Shown piece by piece: positions 15,261 through 25,937 of a DNA stretch of 64,000 nt; the first letter of the stretch is position 1, and each line of letters opens with the position of its first letter. The stretch lies in the NCBI RefSeq assembly GCF_009914755.1, contig NC_060933.1, one strand, 5' to 3'. Under the pieces are notes generated by a model. It made no database searches. It was not told the origin of the DNA and saw only the letters and a program-made list of their open reading frames with translations. This DNA is from the human T2T-CHM13v2.0 reference genome, Homo sapiens. Both the position numbers and the translations under genes were made by a program.

Positions 15261-17459
15261 CCTTTTTGATCTAGAATCCTATCTCATGTGTCCCAGAACC
15301 TATCGCCATATTATCATTGTTCTTTTTAAAAAAATCAATAAATTATGATCACTTTAAAATATATTTAACATCAAACTTTAAAAAGAAATTTGCCTGTCAG
15401 ACCCAATGATCTGATAATTACTATAAACACACTATTTACTATAAAATTACATGCTAATTACTATAAACATGTAATCATCAGATTACAAAATAATCCCAAT
15501 TTAGGAACAGGTAGGATGAAAGTGTTAATGACACCAATTAGTGCTGCTTGTCCCATCCCCAAACCTGGCTGCATCTGGCCCCTTGTGACAAATGACATAG
15601 GCATTCCCAGGCCCCTGTTCTGTACTAGACCTTGTCCTGAGCTCTGTGACCTGGACTCTGGAGTTGACCTGCTTCAACCCCTTTCTTGTATAAGAGGGGA
15701 AATTAAAGACAAGAGAGGGAAAGGGCTTGCCTGAGGTCACACAGCCTGTGAGTAGCAGAATCAGGACTCAATCCTGAGTCTCTCATTTCCCCAGCATTCC
15801 AAGTAATGCCGGTGATAACCTGGGATCCTCCATGAAATCCCTATTCAGCCAAGAAGGATTCTCTGCTTTTCTGCATGGCTTTTAATTCCAGTTCCAGTAT
15901 CTGAGTCCCTTCTGCACAATCAAGCTGGGGTCTTGCAGGGAAGGTCCAGGGGAGAATAACTACTCCTCAGCACAGCCCTCAAGGAGCTTCTGGTGAGTAG
16001 AGTGACAATTCGATCAAGGGCTTAGTACAGGGTCCAGCACGGAATAGATATAAGTCATTGTTGGATGACTGGATTGGCCGGAACAAAGTCACTCTCCCTT
16101 CCACCTGGTTAATGCCCATTACACACCTTAATGATAGTATATGCCCACCCCTGAGAGCACTGACCACTTTACACCAGCTTGTGCTTCCTTTGAGTAATGG
16201 CCCTTTCCCAGCCAACACACCCAGATCCTGGAGAGCAGGGGCCATGTCAGTCTTGCCCAGCAGCTGGATCCCAGCATTTATCACAGAGCCTGGGAGATGG
16301 CAGGCACCTAGTAGATATTTGATGGCTGAATGAGTGAATGAATGAATGCCATTCCAGGCAGAGAGAGGGCCAGGCTGTCACATACATGCAGTCAGGCCTC
16401 CCACTGCCCAGATGCAGCTCCCCACATTTCTCACCAGCTGCCAGGCCATCCCATCAGACTCAGGTTTTCAAATAGAAGCGAGGAGTTGAGTGTATGAAGC
16501 TAAACAAAGCAGTGGGCTGAGCCAAACTTGCCTCGAGGCAAGCTGCTTCCTGCTGCCACCCCGGCTGGCACCCCATAGTCTGGAGCCAGGCCTGTCCCAC
16601 AGCCAACCCTCAGCTTCCAAAATCTGCACCCAGCCAGAGAATGTAGGGTGAGGGGCTTCTGGGAGGGAGGTCACCTGCCACACTCCCATCCTGGATGGCA
16701 GGGTCAGACCACCCTACTCATGGCCCACACACCCAGATCCGGAGGTAGAGGTGGGAGGAAGCCTACATCCTGTGGTGGGATACAAGGAAAGAAGGAAGGA
16801 GACTCCACACCTCCTTGCACCCATCAGGAGCACAGCTCGGTGCTGGGCACTGCATGTGTGTTATCTTGTTCAAAAGTCATTACAAGTCACAGAGGCAGGG
16901 GTTGTTATTCTCTTTTACAGATGTGGAAACTGAGACTCAGAGAGGGCAAGAACTTGCCAAGGCCACAATTCTGGTCAGTGACAGAACTGATTTGAGCTCA
17001 GCTCTGTCTGATTCCAGAGCCTGAGGTTTGGTCTCAAGCTGTGGAGGTTTCTGTTCCCACACTCACCTGTCTTCCTCATTAGTTCCCATCTCTTCTTCAG
17101 TCCACATAAGATGCCACCAGGATACTGCCCTGGTGTTTTTGTTTGTTTTTTATTTTAAGGCTAAGATAAGGAAGGAGGGGAGTGGTAGGGAGGTCAGCCA
17201 TTCACTCCCTGGTGTGAATCATTCTAATCCATTGCTTTCCTTCTGGCCTCCAGCTGAGTCTCACCTGCCTGGAGCAGGTAGAAATGTTGGGGAAAGTGTG
17301 GCTGCCTGGGAGTCAAGGTCGCTTTGAAGGATCCACTGAGTCAGTGTACAGATGAGGAAACTGAGCTCAAGAGCAGGAAGGGAAATGCCCAGAAGCCAGT
17401 GAGGAAAACAGGCAGAGTGCGATCTGGATTCAGCAACAGGAAATGTGATTTCCCCACCT

Positions 17460-17570
17460 ATTTGGGAGGCTGAGGCAGGAGGACTGCTTGAGCCCAGGAG
17501 TTTGAGGCCAGCCTGGGCAACGTAGAAAGACCTTCCCCACTCCCTCGCAAAAAACAAAAACAAAAAAAAA
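17460..17570 (+). mobile_element. Alu monomer fragment
   Basis: tttgggaggctgaggcaggagg...cagcctgggcaac followed by an A-tail. Confidence 0.75.
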
Positions 17571-19524
17571 GAATATGATTCCGAACACCACAGCAAGTGC
17601 ATCTCTCTGAAGTCCCCTGCTGACAGTGAAGGTAAAGGCAAAGGTGAAGGTGGTGGGGCCAGAGCGTGGAAGGGAAGCTAGAGGTTTTCCGAAAAGGTCA
17701 TTCTGTAAGAACCCAGGGGCTATCCTAGATGCAATTGCCTGTTCTAATAAAGGAGATCTCAATACCCACTTCAGTCTCCAGCACCCATGCAATTATCTGA
17801 GGACTGGTTTATGCAGAGGTGAACAACCTAATCTCACAGCAGGTGGCAGCCTAGTGTCTTGCAAAGTCACATGCCCTACCTGTGTTCTCACTCTGCTCCA
17901 CTACTTAGTGGGCTTGTGGACTTCTCTGAGCCTCAATATTCTCTTCTGTAAAGTGGTTGCCTCCTTTGTAGCAAAGACGAGAGTTCATGACTATAAAGCA
18001 AGTGTACACCTAGTATATGGTTGGCTCTCATTAAGGAGAACAGCCTTTTGTCAGGGCTGGAAATGGGCTTCTTTCTTGGTGCTTAGTCTCATTACTGCCT
18101 GACTTAAAACTTCTATCCAACTGGTCTGCGCAGCCCAGCAGAAATCCCTCAAAGGTGGTGCGTGGAGCCTAGACCTGGGACCCAGGAGACCTGGATCAGT
18201 TCCTGCCTCTTCCACAGACATGCTATGTGACCACAGACTGGTGCCTTCATCACTCTGGGTCTCAAAACTCCTGTCTGGCCTTGAGGTTAATGGTTTCCAA
18301 ACACTTTATGTTATTTATTCTTCATACCTACCTTAGGAGATAAGTACTGTTGATATCCCCATTTCACAGATATAAGAACTGAGGCACAGAGAGGTTAAGT
18401 TAACCTTGGCATGCCCAAGGTTATACATCTAGTTAGAGAGGCAGGGTCAGGATTCAGTTCCAGCTCTGTCTGACACCAGAACCTCAGAAGAGTCTCCACC
18501 CAGGAGGACCTCAGTGCAGAAACAGAGAGGCAGGGTGGGCACGGTGAGACCCAGATAGGGTTGCCAGCCTGACAGATTTGAGGAGAAAGAAAAGGACTGG
18601 GAAATTGGGAGGGGATGGGAGAATCCCTTTCTCATCAAGGCAGCTGCAAAGGGAGGAACTGGTGGGGACTAGAGGCAGTGGGGGGCACAGGGAGTGGCAG
18701 GGAGGCAGTGCCAGGGGAAAAGGGGGGTCCTTTTGAGAATGTCTGGGACCTCACAGGTACAGAAAGAAGCCTGAGCTAGAGTTAGGGGCTTCAGCCTCTA
18801 GCTATGCCTGAAGGGTGCTGTGACCTGGGCAGATTCCTTTCTGTTCCTGGGTCTCAGTTTCCTCCTTCTTACCATGGAGGGTGAGTCCAGGAACTCTTCC
18901 AGGCCCTCCTTTGGGTCTCCAGCCTATAACTGAGGGCCCAGCCCAGAGCAGATGCCTGAAAATTGCTTACAGAATAGTGGCGTGAGCAGCTGAATGGAGG
19001 GGGGTCAGTGGTGGGGCAAGGGCTGGCTTAATGGAGTCACGCCCTTGGATGTGATGCTGATTAGTATCCTGATTATTGTCTACTTACAGCCCTGCTTCTC
19101 TTCACTGGCTGATGTGCAGACATTTATTAGTAAATCTTCACGGCGGTCTAGGGAGGTAAGTAGGGAGGGGGAAGCCTGTTTTACAAGCTTTGGGGGCGAG
19201 TATTGGGTGGGAGTGGAGGAATCAAAAAGACTTGAACCATTTGCTGGAGCCAATTTTGAGCTCTCCAGCAAAAAGAGATGCTGGAAACGCTCTTGTCTAA
19301 TTCTCAGCTGCTCTGCCATTTGAATTCTCTCCACTCGAGAGATTGAAAACAGGCAGCTACAGATAAAATCTGTATTTTATTTGGCCTGCAAAGGGTGTTT
19401 AAAAATTTGTGGTTAATATTTAAATACAGGGAAATTTGGAGCATCCAACTCATCCACAGATATCAGGGTATAAATGGATACATCCCCTTTGAAAAGCTGA
19501 TTGACATTTTCTACTATAAGCAGA

Positions 19525-21105
19525 ACACATGCGTGCCTGGTGACCCAGCAATTCCACTCCTAGGTATGCACCCAACAGAAATGCGTACACACAGCCATCA
19601 AAAGACGTTCAAAAATGTTTATGGCAGCATGATTTGTAACAGACTGAAACTGGAAACATCCTAAATGGCCAGCAACAGGAGTGGATGAATTAATTGTGGT
19701 ATAGTCACACTAAGGATTCTGTACAGTAACAAGGATGAAAATTAGCCAGGCATGGCTAATTTTATTAACTGTATAGTTAGTTATTAATTAGTAGTTATTA
19801 GTGATTATGAACTATAGTTGTTGACTATATAGTTATAGTTATTAACTATAGTTGCAGATGATGTCAATGACTTGTGGACAGATAGCATCTACAGTGTGGA
19901 ATGCTGAACAAAGGAATCATTCCTATATTATTCACTGTATAGTTAATAATAGCCATGCTGTACATTAGGTCTCCAGAACTTTTTCATCTGCAAGTTTGTA
20001 CCTTTCGGCCAACATTGCCCCATTTCCCCTACCCCTCACCGCTGGTATAACCACCCTTCTAGTTTCTGTTTCTGTGAGTTCACCTTTTTAAGATTCCACA
20101 TATGAGTGAGATCATGCAGTATTGATCTGTCTTTCTGTGTGATGGCTAGATGGATAAAGCAACTTTGGTACAACAGTGCCCCCTTATCCACGTTTTCACT
20201 TTTTACAGTTTCAGTTACCCTGCAGTCAACCATAGTATGAAAGTATTAAATAGAAAATTCCAAAAATAAACAATTCATAAGTTTTAAACTGCGTGATGAA
20301 ATCTTGTACTGTCCTGCTCTGTCCCACCTGGGATGTGAATCATCCCTTTGTTCAGCATTCCACATTGGAGATGCTACCTGCCCAGTTGTCATCAACATCG
20401 TCTGCTCTTGACATCCAACCACTAACATACTTATGGCTCAGTGATGCAGAATCCACCAAAGCAGATGAAGTGGGCTTGTATATTAAACACGCAATGGGCT
20501 GCTCTTTACATTCACAAATAAGAATCATCTCCCTGACTTATTTCACTTAGCATAATGTGCCCCAGGTCCACACGTGCTGTCACAAACGGCAGGAGTGCCC
20601 TCTTTTTAAAGGCTGAATAATATTCTGTTGTTTATATCTATAGTAGTCCCCCTTATCCTCCCCATTGTTCTTTTTCAAAAAAATTCGATAAATTATGATA
20701 GCTTTAAAATATATTTAACATCAAGCTTTAAAAAGAAATTTGCCTGTCAGAGCCAATGATCTGAGAATTACTATAAACACGTTATTTACTATAAAATTAC
20801 ATGCTAATTACTATAAACATGTAATCATCAGATTACAAAATAATCCCGATTTAGGAACAGGTAGGATGAAAGTGTTAATACATTCCAAGACCCCTAGTGG
20901 ATGCCTGAAACCTCAATAGTACCGAACTCAACATAGCTTATGGTTTTCCCTATATGTAAATACCTAAAATAAAGTTTAATTTATAAATTAGGCACAGTAA
21001 AAGATTAACAACAATAGCTAGTAATAAAATAGAACAATTTTAACAATATACAGTAATCAAAGTTATGTGAATGTGGCCTCTCTTCTCTCTCTCTCAAAAT
21101 ATATT
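19525..21105. mobile_element. Scrambled L1M / L1MA / MER44 (Tigger7) composite
   Basis: Sense L1M at 19525-19740. Antisense L1MA at 19936-20147 and 20532-20640. MER44 pieces with TIR (cagt..cccccttatcc) at 20174-20470 and 20641-21105. Confidence 0.75.
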
Positions 21106-22413
21106 CCTGGCCTTTGAACACATTTCCGTTTACAACCTCCATCCTACAGTGTCCTTGTCAATGGTTTATCTGGCTTCTGTTTGCACATGCTGGTGACAGG
21201 GGGCTCATTCTCTCCCCAAGTGGTGCCTTCCATCATGGGACCATTTTGCTAGTTAGAAAGTGCTTTCTGAAGCTGACTTGAAATGTAACAGACTCACAGA
21301 CTCTCACAAAGAGATGGGAACTTGGAGGTTTCCCAGCCCAGAAGTCCTTATCCTTTTCACCCTCAGAGACCTTTTCCTTACCCACCCCCTTGGGCTTGTT
21401 GCTGGAATATATTTTGTCTGCCTCTTAAGTTGCATTTATTACTCACTCACCTGAGAGAATGTATTTCCAAGTGACAGCATCCTCTGGAATATTTCAACTA
21501 CAAAAGGCCTTTGACTGAGCGCTGTTCATCGAGTCCAGCCCCGGCTTTGCAAATAAACAGCTGACACCAAGAGAGGAGAAGCAACACGGCTGAGGCCACA
21601 GGGTGACAAAGCCTTAACAGGTATCAGCTCTCTGGCTGGCCATTCACATCCTCATTGGTCTCTGGATTGTTCTGGTCCAGCTTAACCTTAGCATACAGCA
21701 AAGAAGAGATGGGAAAGAGACAAAGGAGGGGTCCACTTTCTTGCAGAGAAATGGAGAGACAGGAAGGGGGTCCAAGGCAGTCAAGCGCCCCTCAGAGCAA
21801 GGAGGACAAGTGCTCTGGGCATAGGGTGGGGGGTCTGGGGGACATATCTGGGTGGGAGCCGAGTGGGCGTGCAAATAAACAGCAGAGCCCATCACTCCCT
21901 CGAAGTCCCTGCAGATCCTGCCCACAGCTGCTGACCCCTCACACGCTCTAAGCTCCAGCCACCGCCTTCTGCCCAGTCCCCCGCCCCTACCGTGCACTTC
22001 CTACCCCAGGCCTTTGCTCCCACTGCTCCCAGGCTGGGGCTGATTCTCTCTCCTCCATCCTCCATCCTCAACCAATACGGATGGGGGCCTGTGTATGTCC
22101 TTGAGTGTGCTGGTCACCTTCCGTGGCTCTCATTCTTTTAGTCCTTATCATGACTCTGAGAGTTGAGTATTGTTATCCCTAATTTACAGACCAGGAAATT
22201 GAGCCTCAGAAAAATTAGGTTTTTAAATGTTAGGATCACAAAAGATTAAGTGGAGAAGTGAGATGAGACCCCAGGTCTTTAAGCTTGAAATTCAATGTTC
22301 TTTTGAATACACACTTCACCATCCTGCTTTTCATGTGAAAAATATGCCAAACCTTAGGATCTCATGTATATGCATGAGATGGCGGCTCCATCTCTCTTTT
22401 CTCCCCACCCCCC

Positions 22414-22417
<4 letters not shown>

Positions 22418-22445
<28 letters not shown>
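22418..22445 (+). repeat. (CT)n within an MLT1-like fragment (~22395-22660)
   Basis: Read directly. Confidence 0.8.
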
Positions 22446-23572
22446 ACCACCCCTTCTCCTACCTTGTGAGGACACAGCAAGAAGGGGAGAAGGCAGTCAT
22501 CTGGAAACGAGGAAGACAGCCCTCACCAGAAACTGACACTGTTGGACCTCGATCTTGGACTTGCAGCCTCTAGAATTGCAAGAAAATAAATTTAAGCTGT
22601 GGACTCTGTTATTTAAGCTCTCTAGTGTGTGGTATGTTGTTATGGCAGCCTGAGCGGATAAGACTTCCTTTCAACAACAGAGGAGAGTGGGCCTGCAGCA
22701 GGGGTCGGGGTCGGGGTCAGGGTCAGGGTCAGGGTACCGGGGAAAATCCCCGGGGCCCCTCGTCAAGGAGGCAGACTCCAAGATCCACCCCTCTGGATTC
22801 CAAGTGGGCATGTCTGAGGATGAGCCTCAAGTCCTCATGATTTTGAGAGGCGATCTCTGACCACCCTCTGAGTACTGCTGGCCCAGAGGGTCCTCATGGT
22901 CCCTTCTGCACCTCACCCTCAATGTCAGTGAAGCCCAATGATAAGCCACATCACTTGTCCCAGCAAATTCTTCATTTTCAGACATCAGTTCATTCTAAGT
23001 CATCCTCTTTTGGCCTTGTTTAATATTAGAACATGGGAATGCAGAGATCAGTGGCTGAAAATAAGCTGAACATTTTTAAAAGAGAAAATGAATCTCTGCA
23101 CACTTCCGGAAAGTGGAAAAAAGTGCTCTGAGTTACTGAAAAGTTGGCAAAGTGCCTCATTGGAGGGACTAAAAATTACCAATACTAGAAAAGAGACTGA
23201 AAGTATCTCTTGTAATAGCTACCTATTGCTGCCTAATAGATTGTCCCCAACTTAGCAACTTTAAACAACAATTTCTGAGCATCAGGATCCAGGAGTGGCT
23301 TAGCTGGCTGGTTCTGGCTCAGGGTCTCTCGTGGGATTTGGATCAAGCTGTCAGCCAGGGCTGCAGCCACCCGAAGCTTTGCCTGGCCTGGAGGACCCAC
23401 TTCCAAGTGCACGCAAGGGGATGCTGGCAGCCTGGAGGGAGGCCTCCATTCCTGGCCAGGTGGGCCTCTCCAGACTCACATGGCAGCTTGCTTCCCGGAG
23501 TGAGAGATCAGAGAAAAAAGCCCAAGATGGGCCTCAGTCTTTCATCATCTAATCTTGGATAGGACATACCAC

Positions 23573-24990
23573 TGAGAGGTGACAGCCTGCTGGCAGCCCT
23601 CACAGCCCTCACTCGCTCTGGGCGCCTCCTCGGCCTTGGCGCCCACTCTGGCCGCCCTTGAGGAGCCCTTCAGCCCGCCGCTGCACCGTGGGAGCCCCCT
23701 TCTGGGCTGGCCAAGGCCAGAGCCGGCTCCCTCAGCTTGCAGGGAGGTGTGGAGGAAGAGGCGCGGGTGAGAACCGGGGCTGCGTGCTGCGCGCTTGCGG
23801 GCCAGCGGGAGTTCCGGGTGGGCGTGGGCTCGGCGGGCCCCGCACTCGGAGGCCCCGTGGCCCGCAAGCCCCGGGCAGTGAGGGGCTTAGCACCTGGGCC
23901 AGCAGCTGCGCTCGACTTCTCGCCTGGCCTTAGCTGCCTCCCCTCGGGGCAGGGCTGTGGACCTGCAGCCCACCATGCGTGAGCCTCCTCCACCCCTCCA
24001 TGGGCTCCTGCGCAGCCGGAGCCTCCCTGACGAGCAACGCCCCCTGCTCCACAGCGCCCAGTCCCATCGACCACCCAAGGGCTGAGGAGTGCGGGCGCAC
24101 GGCTGGGACTGGCAGGCAGCTCCACCTGCGGCACCAGTATGAGTGGGATCCACTGGGTGAAGCCAACTGGGCTCCTGAGTCTGGTGGGGACTTGGAGAAC
24201 ATTTATGTCTAGCTAAGGGATTGTAAATACACCAATCGGCACTCTGTATCTAGCTCAAGGTTTGTAAACACACCAATCAGCACCCTGTGTCTAGCTCAGG
24301 GTTTGTGAATGCACCAATTGACACTCTGTATCTAGCTACTCTGGTGGGGACTTGGAGAACCTTCGTGTGGACACTCTGTATCTAGCTAATCTAGTGGGGA
24401 GGTGGAGAACTTTTGTGTCTAGCTCAGAGATTGTAAAGGCACCAATCAGCACCCTGTCAAAACGGACCAAGCAGCTTTCTGTAAAATGGACCAATCGGCT
24501 CTCTGTAAAATGGACCAATCAGCAGGATGTGGGTGGGGCCAGATAAGAGAATAAAACCAGGCTGCCCGGGCCCACAGTGGCAACTGGCTCGGGTCTTCTT
24601 CCATGGTGTGGGTTCCTTGTTCTTTTGCTTTTTGCAATACGTCTTGCTGTTACTCACTCTGGGTCCACACTGCCTTTATGAGCTGTAACACTCACCGCAA
24701 AAGTCTGTAGCTTCACTCCTGAAGCCAGTGAGACCACGAACCCAGCAGGAGGAATGAACAACTCCAGAGGCGCTGCCTTAAAAGCTGTAACACTCACTGC
24801 GAAGGTCTGCAGCTTCACTCTTGATCCAGCGAGACCACGAACCCACCAAAAGGAAGAAACTCCGAACACATCCGAATGTCAGAAGGAACAAACTCCGGAC
24901 ACGCCACTTTTAAAAACTAACACTCACCGTGAGGGTCCACGGCTTCATTCTTGAAGTCAGTGAGCAAAGAACCCACCAATTCCGGGCACA
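23573..24990 (+). mobile_element. Solo LTR12C-type (ERV9) LTR nested in an older MLT1 element (~23215-25130)
   Basis: TGAGAGGTGACAGC...TTCCGGGCACA; perfect 4-bp TSD CCAC (23569-23572 / 24991-24994); CpG-rich U3; tandem CCAAT repeats; U5 tandem repeats. Confidence 0.95.
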
Positions 24991-25644
24991 CCACCGCTAC
25001 ATCTACCATATGCTGTTGGTCACACAGACCATCCCTGATACAGTGTGGGAGGGAACCCCACAATGCAGGCAGCTGGGAATACCAGGAGGCAGGGTTCACT
25101 GGGAACCATTTGGAGGCTGGCTACAACATTCTTTAAAAAAAAATTTTACTTAGACCAAACTGATATCAACCAACGTGTTTTTGGCCCAATGGCCTTCAGT
25201 TAGATCACAGATGGTTATGTGGAACCTGAATGGAGACATTCAGGTCCAACAGTGTCAGTTTCTGGTGAGGGCTGTCTTCCTCGTTTTCAGATGACTGCCT
25301 TCTCCCTTTCTTGCTGTGTCCTCACAAAGTAGAAGAAGAGATGGGAGAGAGAGAAGGAAGGGGGGTGGGGAGAAAAGGGAGGGGGAAATTTGACACAGAA
25401 GAAGGAGGTGACAATGTAACACTAGCAAGACGAGAGGGGAAGGAGCTATGAAATAAGGAATCCAAGAAAAACAGCTTTAGAAATTGAGAAAGGCAAGGAA
25501 ATGTCTTCTCTCCTGGAGCCTCAGAAAGGAGCAGGGCCCTGCTGATGCCTTGAATTTGGCCCAGTGAAACTGATTTCACACTTCTGACTTCTAGAACTGC
25601 AAGAGATTGGTTGTGTGTGGGGGGTGGGGGGGAGGGGTTGGTTT

Positions 25645-25937
<293 letters not shown>

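Noticed and set aside
24190-24530. CRISPR-like spaced repeats
   Set aside because: These are the standard ~40-bp CCAAT enhancer repeats of LTR12 U3; no unique spacers; eukaryotic DNA.
23579-25153. Dense cluster of overlapping ORFs
   Set aside because: Almost entirely within the GC-rich LTR12 and its flanking MLT1; no gag/pol/env similarity.
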